A stretch of 64,000 nucleotides of DNA from Macrostomum lignano (taxonomy: Eukaryota). The stretch's first letter is position 1; each line of letters begins with the position of its first letter. The translations under genes were made by a program, and so were the position numbers. The notes beneath the pieces are model-generated. The model was not told the origin of the DNA. It searched no databases and saw only the letters and a list, made by a program, of their open reading frames with translations. Shown here piece after piece: positions 1 to 13,400 of the stretch. The stretch spans positions 558,001 through 622,000 of the forward strand of contig NIVC01000051.1 of NCBI GenBank assembly GCA_002269645.1, given 5' to 3'.

Positions 1-1109
1 TTTTAAATAGAACTATAGTGCGCTAGAAATAACTACTGGAGGTGCATTTTGTAATAAAACCTATTCAGTCAGCAGCTTGAGGACTCTCCTTTGCTCTATA
101 TTTATAGTCAAGAACGAGTCTACATGATTGCTACTCTCTCGGATTGACAGAATAATTGCGTTGACCTGCAGATCAGAGAACACTTGTCGCTGAACTGTCA
201 GTCAGAACTAATTCTCAGTTGAAAGCTTCAAATTGCATGGTGACAAGGGTATATTTAGGCGAATTAAAATCGATCTGTTTAGGTATAAAACACCAAAAAA
301 GCATTCGAAATAGGGGTTGTAATGCACGCAACACAATGTAACACAACCTTATACGAAATGTATACTTTTAATTTTCATATATCAAATTTCGCGTATCAGT
401 TGAAGCACTTACTGGATAATAAAGTGTGGGTCAGCTCGAGTAAAATGTATTATGAAACAACCCGTCTTAGTCAGCTTTTAGGCGTTACTCTGTAGTAGCA
501 AAGTCTATAAGAGAAAAAATGGCTCAACTCAACACAAAAATGTATTGCATTGCAATCACACAGGTATGGTTAAGTAAAATCAAAACGCTCGTAGCTATAC
601 TTAATTATTGTGTATCCAATATTGGACTTAAACTTCAGAGATTGCATTCCCAGTATGCGTAAGCCATTAACAGATTGGGATAAGATTTCTGCCTTTAGCA
701 GGTGATTGGTGTGAAAATTAAAAAAAAAGTTTTAAACAAAAATTGAATATAACTTCATACGAGCATTTTAATACATAATGTTCAATGTGACTAAAAGGGT
801 ATGTTCAACTTCGGGCCAAACTGACTGCAGTATCGATAATTACCGGATTGGTTGAAAAAAGTTCCACCGAAACATCCTATCGAGGTTTTTTCAAGGGAAT
901 TTCCCTTTGAAAGGGAATACAATGGGATTCCATGTCTAGTCGTGGCTCTAGAATACAACTTGTTATAATCTCTCAATATCGCACGTACACATACATACCG
1001 ATAAACCAATGCAGTTGACAGATTTTATATTTTTCTTAATTGTTAGGAATCTGTCTCAGATCCGAGATCTGTAATTTGGCATTTTCTATTCGTAAACTAC
1101 AATAGTAAC

Positions 1110-1420
1110 TTTCTGCTTGGACTCAACCTCAGGGGCATCAGAGCGGTAACCATGGCCGTCTCAGGTCATGGATGCGTTGCTAAGCATCGCTACCCTCAGG
1201 TGAAATCAATTACGCCTCTCTATCTTCATCTGTGACTGGACAGGCTTTTTTAGGACAGGCTCACCTACCTCGGGCCTAACCAGAATTCCACTCCGACATT
1301 TTCAACCTAGAGCGTTCCTGTCAGTTCGTCCACTACCTAAATCCTAAATCCACCTTCTGGACTCTACGGGAAGGTGCGCTGCGGATCGACTAGAAGATCT
1401 TCCTGCGCGACACCGCAGCA
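1110..1420 (+). mobile_element. Degenerate 3' remnant of a non-LTR retrotransposon
   Basis: Broken frame MAVSGHGCVAKHRY resembles the TGHG..H motif preceding the ORF2 zinc knuckle. Downstream GCGCTGCGGA...CCTGCGCGACAC also occurs in the better preserved fragment at 12380-12850. Confidence 0.35.
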
Positions 1421-1526
1421 CTACCTTTTAACTTCCCAGTTACATTTTCAGTTATTAATAAAATAGCAAAACAATACTAGCTTAAGTGTATGTTTTACGC
1501 TGGAGGCTGTAATAAAAAAACACGAG

Positions 1527-4500
1527 TCAGCCCTTTGACGTTCCGCCGCCGCCGCCGTTACGCCGATATGATAGCTCGCGCCTCACGGCTGCGGCAATGG
1601 AAGCGCAGACTTCGTTCGGCTTCTCATGGTAGAAACTGATCAAACGCTTCAATAAGAAGCTGGACTCCACAGCCTGCTTGCTGGTGTCGACTTTGGCAAG
1701 ATTGTTGATCCGAGATCGTCTTAGTTTGAGATCGTCAAGGTTCAGCAGCTGACGGCACTCTGCTGGATTTCCAGGCGACAGCAACACTAACAAACTGAGG
1801 TCCAGTAGAATCAGGTGATGCTGCTGAGATTGAGAACCGCTTCCATCCTGATGCTTCAGCATGGAGCGCTTTGGTTTGCCAATCATAGCTTTGAAGTTGA
1901 TTGCTGGCTCGTGCAGTAGGTCAAATAGTAGCAACTTGCGGGTCGGAACTTTACTGCCGCATTCGCAGACCTATATTGTTAGTCAAAATCTTTTTTTAAT
2001 ATCTGAAAGGTGTGTGTCTTAAAAGAAAGACTTAGCTACCCATAGCTAACTAGACCAAGACCTCTGACTGTTACGTCAAAGTGTCGGTTCAATTCCATAT
2101 CAGGCCAGCCCAAATCATTTAAAAAGGAGGATCAATCCCAAAGCACAGAACGTGTAGATTCCTGACATGATAAAGTCTCCGTGTGTAAATGCGTACCTGT
2201 GTGTGTATCTGTATGGGTGTGCGTTTACAATGGCCCAGGATATGGAATGGCGCTTCCTTATTTAGATTTCAATACACATCACAGGGCCTTGACATGTGAC
2301 TAGAGACGACCTAACTAATTGACTAAAAAATCTCACGCTGAGCTTCGAGCGATCGAGACTCCACGTCGAGGAAGGCAGGGACTCGTTCAGCTGCGCGAAC
2401 GCTCCGCAGAGGCCGTCGACAATTTCGCAGGCGCTAACGTCCGTCAAATGATCTGGGCCACCGAGCACGTCGCTAGCGGTCTGCCTAGCGGAGCGTGCAG
2501 CGCGCACAGCTGAGCTTTGTCGTTGAAAGTCAGAAGCCGCGTCACGGCCAAGTTGCCGCGGCTGACATCGCCGGTCAGCAACAGGTGGTTCAGTAGGCCG
2601 CCAAGACCACTGCGCCAGCGAGCGATTGCGGCTTCGTCAACGTCAGAACCGCCGTCAGCGCCAGCAACGTCGCCGCAGTCCCACAGACAGGTGACGGTGG
2701 CAACTACGGGCTGGTCCTGTTCGGCCAAACCTGCGTACAGCCCGTCAACCCGGTACCGCCGACCCAGCCGACTTTCGCCGAGTCCTTCGCCGTCCGCAGC
2801 CAGACGCAGCGGGCCGAACTTTGCAACGCTCGACAGTGCCTCGGCTGCAGCTGCGCAGAGCTGAGCGTCCTGCCAGAGACGGACAGCATCGGGTGAGGAC
2901 TTGGCCAAAAGTTTCTGTAACTGTCGGCTATGCTGGAGTCGGTCGTTGACTAGACTGAGAACGGCTGTCTCTGCAGCCTCAAGTCGGCTGGTGAGATCCT
3001 TCAGTATCTGTTTTGAGCTGCCGGCCATGTCGATTGACATGAGAGTCTCCTCAGCGGTGAGCGTCTTCCAGTCCTGCGAAATGTATTTTTTAAAGATTTC
3101 GTCTCTTGAGCTCACAGATCACAGGTACAGATTGCGCTAGTTACCTTTCCAATGCTCAGCTGCAGGCAGGAGTCTGCGCCCGGGTTAGCAGCCTGCCATC
3201 GCACCGGCGTAGAATCCCAATCGTCTCGAGCTAGGTGAAGCTGCAAAACTCGCTGCACTCGTTCACTGGACAGGCCGCAGAGCATTGCAGGTAAGTCGCC
3301 AGGCAAAAGTCTCTCGGCTAGACGACTCTCGTACGACGAAGCGAGCTCACTGGCTGCTCGTTTGAGGATGGCCGCGCAGGTGCTGATAGCACAGGCTTCG
3401 ATTTGAGCTCTGCAAACTGTGTCTCGCTGATGGAGAGTCGCGTCGTGAATCGGATTGCTGAGTGTCTGGAATTTTGAGGGCGTATAAGGAATTGATGGGG
3501 ATGCGTCAACTGAAGCACGAAGCCTACAGCTAAGCTTCAGACCACACCGACTGCAATCAATTAACTTCTCGGCAGAGTTGACGATAGAAACCCTTGGGAG
3601 CGGACCTAGTACCTTGATAGAATGTCCGCAACGTTTCAATGTCTGACAAGTTACCGTTAGGAGTTTTACTCAAGGCTAAATTTCCAGGCGGCTGATTTTA
3701 CTTCAGTTTCGTCAACATCGGTCTTATAGAAAACCTACCTGATTCAGCCGTTTGTGCAGCTGTTGGTTCTGCTGCTGCTGCTGATGATGATGATGATGAT
3801 CGTCTAGTCGTACCCTGCCGCAATCGTCCAGAACCAGGGGCCGAATCGTAGCCAATTCAGCTGACAATTGGCGCTGCAGGTCAGTCCTCTCCGAGTCCAA
3901 TCGTGCTTTGGCATCTGTGAATTCGTCAGCAATGCGGGTCTTTAGTCGGTCGGCATTGGTGGCCAGCAGCTCCAACGACTCGGTGTTTTTCGACTGCACC
4001 TGAATGAGGGGATGACGGATTTTGCAAGTAATTTAAAAAATCATTTCCCGGTATGCGTATGAAGTCTTACGAGGAAAACTACCATGGTACGCTCGTAGTG
4101 AGAAATTTATCGAAGAACCAGTCCTTGTCCCTCCTAGCTTTTTTTCTAGCAATGCTGCATACTCTAGGAAGTTCAAAAAATATTGCTAATCATTTCCACA
4201 AGCTTGAAGTTTTATTACGTGTATATTTTACACTGTCAAAAATCAAAACGGCTGTTACTTTTATAAGCTCTATACTGTTGAAATTTTATATCGTCGTAAA
4301 CTTTCGGAGCCTATGGCGAATTTCTGTAGATAATCAACCACTGTACTGTGTTTACTCACCAAGCAGTCTAGCAAGCGCAGAGAAACCGACTGCAATCGCT
4401 GCAGGCTCTGATCCGACTCAAATCTATTAGCGTCGGCTAATAGTTCGACAACGGCCTCGTCCAGTCTCGTGTCCCGGCTAGAATCGCTAGCGACGGTCTC

Positions 4501-7332
4501 GTCGTAGCTGCCACCGCTGATCGGGTCGACGCCATCGGTGGCAGCGCCGCCGTCTCCGTTGAAGAAGCCGCTGCCAACAACGCAGGACAGCGGGAGGACA
4601 AGTCGGCGAATTTGCTGGCTATCTAAGCGCTTGTCCAGTAGAAGCTGGGTCTCGCTGACAATCGAACTGCTGCTGCCAGTGTCCTCATCGAAGTCGTCCG
4701 AGGTTGAGAAGCGCGACAGACGGTACCGAGCTCGTCGAAGCCTCGGCGCCGGCGATGCGGCACCCGACGGTTGAGGTCTGGGCAGCGGTTGCGGTGACTC
4801 CGTACCAGGCTCTGTGCTGATGGAATCGACGGTCGGTTTGCAGTGGACGGCCAGAACGGGTACGTTTGGCAAGTTCACTTGCAGAGACAGCAGGTGATGC
4901 AGCTCCTGTGATAAGGGGATTTTTATTTTGGAATTCTTTCGCTGAAATCGATTGTAATAATAATAATAATAAATTAATTACACTTATCCTGATGGGCAGA
5001 TGTGCAACTGACAGCTCAGCCGCAGCTATTGTGCGGCGCATCCGAAGGCTGTTCAGTCCAAGGACTGGGGGTCGCCACACACACCCCCAATTATCCCAGC
5101 TAATGCTGGCACCCATTTTACAGCTGAGTGAACTGAAGCAATACAGAGTTAAGTGTCTTGCTCAAGGACATAAATTTTTCTGAGTGGGATCAGGAATCGA
5201 ACCTCCGACCTTCAAGTCGTGAGTCCGACGCTTTAACCACTAGGCTGCAACCCCCTAGATGGAAATATTATATGTAAACATGGATACCTAGACGACATGA
5301 TATTTTCCAGCTATCATTATATACTTTTATAAATCGATTATTGGTAGCTAGTGGTGTCTTAGAATACTTAGAAACATCACAAAGACCTCGCGAGCTTGAA
5401 AGCTTTGAAATCAGTCTTTATGCAAATTTATGCGAGAGCTTAACTACAGCAATAAAAAACTTAAATATTAAAGTGTTTCTAACACTAACACTTTAACAGT
5501 CGCCGCGTGACACATTTTATGAAAGCAATACTATGCTGCTCTGTATCAGTAATTAACAAGACATGGTGAACTTTAGGTCCCAGAACAGCGAAACAGCCTG
5601 CACTCACATTAACAGTCGGAGGCTCCTCAGTCACGCAGAGAACCGCTACCGGTTCGGCCGACTTCAACAGTTTGTAGCGACCCAGCCGGACGAGCTGCTC
5701 CGGAGGCGCTAGCAGAGTCAGGCCCGATCGCAGCACGGGATTGTCGATCTGGACGCTGAGCCAGTCGGAGGTCAGGCTGGTCCAAGCGGTGGCCGTGTCT
5801 TCGGGAAGTGAGTCGACAAATCGATCGACTTGTTCGGCAACGTCGACCTCGTCGCTATCATCGGGCCCAGCCGCCGCTCTCAACGGCAAGTAGTAGGGCC
5901 GGTCTCGCCTGTTCAGGTCGAGGCGCTGACTCTCGGAGTGGCGCAGTTTGATTGCGCCAAGACGCCTGCTGCTGCCGTCCTCGTCGGTTGGCGGCAGCGT
6001 CCGCTGTCTTAGCAGCCGATTGATGACGCCGAACTGCAGGCGACGGGAGCAGCCAGTGACTGCGAGTACGGGCGGGGCTCCACCTGCCGACTGAAAGAAA
6101 TGACAAAGCAATAAAGAGCAGACTCGTTGTTGGATAAAAATGCTCACCAAAGCCTCCCAGACCTAAGAAAAAATGATCCACTAAGGAACACTCGTGCTCG
6201 AATCACTTACTGTTTTAACAGAGTTTCAAACAAATGCAATGTTTTGGCACATGCATTATGTCAGTGTCTTGATATAATAATAATAATTAATAATAATGAA
6301 CCGACAGCTCAGCCGCAGCTATTGCGAAGGCTGCGTACGGCTGTTCAGTCCAAGGACGGGGGATCGCCACACACCCTCAATTACCCCAGCTAATGCTGGC
6401 ATCCATTGTACAGCTGGGTGAACTGAAGCAATGCAGAGTTAATTGTCTTGCTCAAGGACACAAATTGTTCCAGTGGGTCGGGAATCGAACCCCCGAGCTT
6501 CAAGTCGTGAGTCCGACGCTCTAACCTCTTGGCTACAACCCCCTTATCACATATTAAATTAAAACATAGATATAAAGCTTTTCCAGGACATTATTTTGTA
6601 ATATTTAATATTATGTATAATATTACGCTAAAACGAGGAGAAACTCTAGGCATAAACCTCGGATTTCGTCTTGAAATTATGACAATCATTTCCGGTTGCT
6701 AGCTCAATATTTTTTACTTGGTATAAAATGGTAGCAATGCCTCACATCCCTTCCGAGGGCCTGTACCCAAGAGAGGGCCGTCAGCACCATAGGCAGCTTC
6801 CCAGCTGCATATACAAGCGTTAGCTACATAAGCACATGTTCATTTGCACTTGTATAAAGCATAATCAAATAGTAGAGCTTGTCCACAACAGGTAGCAAAA
6901 TTTCTAACGAAAAAACCTGGTAACATGAATTGAGCAAAAGGCTCCAACGCTTACATCTGAATCAGTGAATGCTGCACTAGCCAAAGTGCTCGAGCCAGTC
7001 AGCGATCCTGTCAGTAGAGAAGCGTCGATGCCTACCGGCTTTTGCATCGTCAGCTGCTGCGGCGGCGGAGGCGGCGGCAGCGGGTTCTGATCGCCTCTGG
7101 CCACACCAGGCAACGCGTCGTCCAGATGGCAGGCCCAGGCCAAAGCTCGCTCTCTGACTGAGCGCATGCGTCTGTCGAATCGGACCCATCGGCCAAGCGG
7201 GCTTTGCCTGGCTGCAGCTGTTGAACTGGTTGCGACCGACGTTGTCGAAGTGGACGCCGATTTGGCCGCTCGCTCAGTGGAGACGCCGGTCCGTATGGCG
7301 GACAGCTCACGACGAACGAGAAGTCGCAGCTC
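1527..7332 (-). CDS. Module B: degenerate dynamin-like domain, helical region and pseudokinase (DSTYK-like layout); probably the 3' half of a gene starting at 16637
   Basis: Phase-consistent GT-AG exons at 7332-6955, 6090-5608, ~4905-4360, ~4000-3737, ~3645-3145, ~3074-2335 and ~1968-1527. Aligns by eye with module A (RLWQDAQLC, RWRSxLGGLLNHLLL, LAVTRLLTF). The P-loop position reads AVTGCSRRLQFG. One 1-bp frameshift near 2474. Confidence 0.55.
4953..5235 (-). mobile_element. tRNA-headed SINE, copy 1
   Basis: Minus strand has A-box-like TAGCCTAGTGGTTAAAG-type and B-box GGTTCGATTCC motifs, a CORE-like TGTCCTTGAGCAAGACACTTAAC segment and a (TTA)n tail. Homologous to 6275-6544 and 8031-9100. Confidence 0.7.
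6275..6544 (-). mobile_element. tRNA-headed SINE, copy 2
   Basis: Same head, core and (TTA)n tail as 4953-5235; intronic. Confidence 0.7.
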
Positions 7333-7490
7333 CTGTAAGGTCGAATTGTATGGTGGAAGCTCATCCCTAAGAATTTATCGTTCGCTCATCGCTAACACAA
7401 TCAATTTCGTAGCTCTAATGTCGGTAAAACTACTTTATATTAAAGTTTAGTCGTAAGTCAGTCGATCAAGTTAAAAAGCGTCTGCTTCAC

Positions 7491-10400
7491 CTGAATGAGA
7501 TCGTCCTGCTGAGCTCTCTGGTACAAGGCAGTGGCATTAATAGCCAGAGTACGCCCACTAGCAGCGGCTAGGGCTTTGAGACGTTCTCTTCGTTCCGTAA
7601 TTGCTCGCGTTGAAGGCGAGGCTGTTATATTGGCAGTTAACAGACTCTGCAACTCTTCCGGCGTCGCCACCTCCTGAGCAGTCCGATTAGTACTAATTGC
7701 TAGCGAGTCTGTCGATTTCAATAGCAGCGCCACGGCCCAGTCCAGTAGCTGATGGTGACTGCCGTTTCTTATCAACAGAGTCGCCGTCGACGTGGTGGAT
7801 GATGGTGGCAGCGTACCGCCAAAATCGATGGGGTCGTCTAGAAGGCTGTAGACTACGGACACTCGATTGCCTGGCAGCACTGACACCTGAGAATGTGGAG
7901 AGAAGGACACAGATTAAACCTAATCTACATGTGCTTCGATTGTACAAGACAACTTTAACCAGTCTGTAAATGGTACCATTGTACATTCCTGTGTTCTTCG
8001 GTGTACATTGCATTCTCGTCTAGGGGTTGTAGGGGTTGTAGCCTTGTGGTTAAGGGCACCGAACTCACGACTAAAAGGTCGGGGTTTGATTCTGGACCCA
8101 CTCGGAACAATTTGTGTCCTTGAGCAAGACACACTTAACTCTGCAGTTCACCCAGCTGTAAAAATGGGTGCCAGCTAGGGAATACAAAATCCCGAGTTTT
8201 GCCAATCCCGGGATTCTCGGGATCGGGATATCCCGGACTTGGCCAATCCCGGATCCCGACGAATTGGGACGGGATCCCGGGATGCCGGGATTGAAAAATT
8301 TTATAATTTTTGTTGGTCCAATTTTGGTTTACGTAGCCATCTAACCAAGGGATTTCAATCATAAAAGTGGAACAGAATAAAATATTTTGCAAACAAGAAA
8401 CTGACCGTGAGCTCTGAATTGGAGTTATGATGCACGGACTGGCGTAATAGACATGCTTTTTACATGCCAGTATCAGCTCAGGAAAATCACACTTAAATAT
8501 GATGTCACCTGGGAATGATAGCTTACAGAGCTATGGCCCGAGGAGCTGATACCAGGGTAGAATGGGATCAGACCTCACCCTCGCAGGGGCACTTGCCCTA
8601 GATGGAGAATTGGTAGCTTGGGTTGTGGTCTGATAGCAAGGTCCCACTGTTCTAATCCCAACTACATACGGCCAAGAAGTTTTGAAGGTAGGGAGGGACT
8701 GCTTAAAGTAGTCCTACATTATTACCCCTTAAATACCCTCACAACCTGCTAACAGCTTCAGTTTTGTATCCCTATAGCCCTAGCCTTCTATTCACATGCT
8801 TTAATGATAAAGAAATCAAAGTAGGACAACTGGGTTATGATTTTCATCTGACAAATATCTCAGCTGCAAATACTACTATTCGAGAATAAATGATTGAATT
8901 ATTGCGAAACGGTATCGGGATCCCAATGGTCGATCCCGGGATTTTCGAATCCCGGACAAGTGTGATCCCGGGATTTAGGCCTAATTAGCACTGCCAGAAT
9001 TAGCTGGGGTAATTGAAGGTGTGTGGCGACCCCCAGTCCGTACGCGTACGCAGCCTTCAGATGCGCCACGCGATAGCTGCGGCTGAGTTGTCAGTTGCAT
9101 ATTAGGGCATGTGTAGTCAGTCATTCTTACTGTTAGTCGTATTTCGAATTGGGCTTCTTCACAAGCTTCTCAGAACATTGCAAACTTGAAGCGTCGATGT
9201 TCGAATTTTACAATAAAAAGTGTCAGTTGTACATTAAGATACGGTAATGTAAATAAAGTTTTTTGGTACTTCGGACCGCTGTATTACATGTATTGATTAT
9301 GACGAAAAATAAACCCAACACTGACAAGCTACATCAGCTCACCTTCAGCTTGTAAAAGTCAAAACGACACGCAAACGCCGGGAGAGAGTCCGATAGCTGG
9401 GCCAGTGCGCCGCACATGCCGTCGATGAGTTCGCAGGTCTGGGCGGTTCCGATTTGATTGAAGTTTTATGAGGCTGTTTAAACATGTTTTTCAATGCCTT
9501 TGCTTTTTACACACGCAAATAACTGTAAAGATGCTTTAAAAAACCCAGAAACTCTGAAATTTGGTCTGTGTTAACAAAGACGGGATCACGAGAAGTTCAC
9601 CCGACAGGCAATTTTATAGTTGTTGGTAAACAAGCAGCTTGTTTCAGCCTAATCAGCTGGCATCGGTCACACAGCCCCTTGTACATGTAGACTGCGCCTG
9701 TGTTGCTGTAACTGGCACTCTACTAAGGGCAGACGGGCAAGTTGCAGACCCAAGTTCTCGTAGACCCGCAAAGACGACTACTTTAGTTTGTATAATATAG
9801 TCTGCAGTGCAAATTAACTTATTACAACTCAATCACACTCTGATACTCAAAGTCTTAGCGCACCTGAACATCCGTGAGTCTTGTCGAGTTAGACAACAGC
9901 CGTGAGATGGGCACCCCGATAGGCAGGTGCAGAGCGCACAGTTGCCCCGTCTCGCTGAACGTCAACAGTCTGGTCACCGCCAGGTGTCTACCGCGATGCT
10001 GACTGGCCGACGAACCTGCCGACGCTGTCGCCGCCGCGGCTGCTCCACTTCGAGTCGAACTCACCAACAGCAGGTGGTTGAGCAGACCACCGAGGCTGGA
10101 GCGCCAGCGGGACAGAGTAGCCTCGTCCTCGTCGCTTTTTGCTCCGTTGGACTGGTCGTTAAAGTCCCACAGGCTGGTGACGGTAGCAATCAGTTCGTGA
10201 GCAGAGAAGCCAGCGTACGGTGCAGCTAACCTGTAGCTCGGACCCAAACCAGCTTGTATTGGGGCTTCGGCTGAAACGGGTGACACGACATAGGTAAGCT
10301 ACGATGCTTGCTATAACGGATTTAAGCATGGAGTCTAACGATTCTCTGGAAAGTGAAGGGTTAATAACTTCACAGTGGCTGTACGTATCAACTGAAGCAA

Positions 10401-13400
10401 GAGAATAGCCCCAGAGACAAGTTGAAAGGAGAAAAAGATTAAAATAAGCCAACCATTCGCACCCTCGGAATTTAGCAGCTCCAAGTCGGTCTCCAGGCGT
10501 AGAGGTCCGTGTCTGGCAACGTTTACCAGACCGTCTGCCGCTGCCACGCAGAGCTGAGCGTCCTGCCACAGACGGAGAGCCTCCGGTGCGGATCTGAAGA
10601 TTAATACTCAAATTTTCTAGCAGAGACGATATTGTTATCCTATTTTTCTGGCCTAACTGTCAGTTTGAAAATTTTCCGATTGTTCCTTCATCCTAAACCC
10701 TAACGCCAACCCAATTTTACAACTAACCAAGTCAGTCCCCGGTGAAAACGGTACCTAAGCCAAGAAGCATCCCAGAGTCACTTGCGTTGCCCCAGAGTCG
10801 CTGCAGGTAACAGGGGTAAAATAGGAAATAAGTAACTCTAGACGACTCTAAAACGACGAGATGTCACAGTAAAAGTCGCCAAAAAGTCGTCAAAAAGTTG
10901 CCTAAGAGTCAATTTGAGACGCTTTATTGCGTGCTACTCTGAAAGGCACTGGGACGCTTCTGTAATGACTCTGAGGCCGTAGAATCGTATCTGAGGCGTG
11001 CTAGAGTCGCTGTAGAATCACTGAGTTGCACTGCTAGAAGGAGAAGGCTTAAGTGAAACCACAGTTCGGCGCAGGGATCCCATTGTTTGATACGAGGCCT
11101 CTGATTGGTCCTGACTGCAGATACCGGTCGGAAGTAACTTCATCGGAAGTACAAGAGGAACCAGGACCAGAGCAACTGAAGAACCAAGGCTCCTGATCTA
11201 CCAGATCAACTGAGAGAACTACTGACGCAGGAGACTACAGACGAGATCTCACCTGAATCAAGGTAAGCAGTAACCTTCATTGATAACTGGGTTGCCTTGC
11301 TAAGAGCTAGAAGTGATTGTTCTTTGATTACCGAGAAAGGTCTCAGTAATAAGGAACACATCATTGCGTCTAAAGCGTAGCTGCGTCACGTGATGAATTA
11401 GAATCGCACTTTGCATTTATAACAACTCCATTTAGTCTACTTGAGTTAGAAGAAAGTTAAGCGCTGACACAACGACTCTTGGACGAATTTTTCGCGATTT
11501 TTTACAGTTACATAATTCACGTTGCTTTTGCATTGAATTACAGTCGTTTAAGTTGTTAAAAGGTTACAAGATTCGCTAGAGTCAATAGTGATTGGTTTGC
11601 AATGGTTCTTTAGCGATTCTTGTCACGGTAACGTTTTCAACGGGGTCAAATTGCTAGAAAAGTAAAACTTCCTTTATTCATTCGATTAACTGTACTTGTA
11701 TCACCTGCCCATTTGCTGCTTACCTGGCCAGCAGTTTCTGCAGGCCGCTGTTGTGCTGCAGCCGGCTGGTCACAATGCCCATTATCGTGGCCTCCGTCTG
11801 GCGCAGTCGATCTTCAGCCTCGTGAAACAGTCTCTGGGTCATCCAGTTGACTTCAATAGAATCGTAGCTGGTCTCGGCCAGCGACCGGATCAGTTCTCGG
11901 CCAGTCAGCGCGGCTTCCTTGCCGCCGGCCGGCCGGGCAAGTTTGTCCGCTGCGCCGCGAAAGAATCGAACAACGCTGAGCAGGCGAGTCGGCCGCCGTC
12001 GAATCTGTACGTTCAGGGTGAGCTGGGCCAACTGGCTGATGCCGTGAGAAGCCTTGTCGGCTACCGATTGTCCGAGCATCTGAGCTGTTTGCTGGCAATA
12101 GCTCAGGCTGCAGATCCGGGCTTGAAGTTCGCTAAGCTTCTCCAGCAGGGTTTGACGAATGTCCTGAATTGTGTTGTATTTTGGTTTGAAACATTGAATC
12201 TGAAACTCCCACTGAGGAGACGCCGATGGAATAAATAGATGTTTTTCGAAATTCGAGAAGTCGTACATGCTTTGAGAGTGCATGCCATCGCTCTTTGTTT
12301 GAATCTTAGTTCAAACTGACTTAAAATTTTATTGTAAGAATATTATTGAAGTCATCAACTTCATCGGTGTTTTCACTTTCTCAAGGGCATCGCTACCTCC
12401 AGGGAAAATCCATAGGAAGAATGTTCATTCTGCCTCTCCGGTGTTGAGAATGCGGAGCACTACTTCATCTGTGAATGCCCCGTCTTCACTTCTTCACTTA
12501 AGACACAGGCTCACCCACCTCGACCCAAACCCGGATCTCTCCGAAGTTTTTAGGTCCGATAATATCTGCCAGCTCGCCCGCTACCTGAGGGCTACCGGGC
12601 GAACTCTCACTTCCTGAACTCTCCTGGATGGGGACCGCGCTGCGGACACCAGCACCACTGGATTGATCTCCCTGCGCGACACACACCGAAACAGGAGCTG
12701 CCCATGCTTGCCAGGGGTTAACGGAATAGGCGGCAACGCCTCCCTCGCTGTATCCGGATGCTCGGAACCCCCCGCAGCTGAGTCAAGTCACTTTCCCAAG
12801 CCCAGGTACTCCTAGATCATGAACTCAGTCACCTGCTTCCGAATATTAATATAGAATGCCGAATTAGCGAAATGTTGACAGTTATAGCCTCAGAACATTA
12901 TAAGTACTCGTAACTGAATCACGATATACTTCCATGGCTGGCAATACCATTTTGATGTTAGTTTAACCTTGCACTACTTACGTTGCTTTCATAGTATAGC
13001 GCTAAAAGCGACTATTCTTGACTTGCATGTATTTTGTGAGAGGGCTGCTTCACCATTCGTGGAAATTCCGCGCTCACCTGCAGCGGCGCTCGCAGCAATT
13101 CCTCGAAGCGACTCTGCAGTCTACGCACCACCAGGTCCTGCACCAGTTGAGTGATGCGTTCCTTCTTTGCAGCTTCGTCTGTTGAGCCGTCCTCAGACAT
13201 TGGCTGGTCGACGCACCAATCAATAATATCTTGCTTCTCCCGTCGGTAGACTTGATCAACGGTGAACACGAAACTGCGTCTTTTGTCTTTCATGTACTGC
13301 CAAACTTCTCGGAAAATTTTCTTAGTCTCGCTGGTGAGCTGATTGAGCGCCTCCTGGTTGTTGAGCTGACCCTCCGGGTGTAGGAGTCGATGACCAGCCG

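Noticed and set aside
5170-8110. tRNA genes at the SINE heads
   Set aside because: A/B boxes are present but I could not fold full cloverleaves, and each is fused to the same downstream core, so they are SINEs.
11050-11370. Possible solo LTR (TG...AATAA...CA)
   Set aside because: No matching target-site duplication and no second copy in the window.
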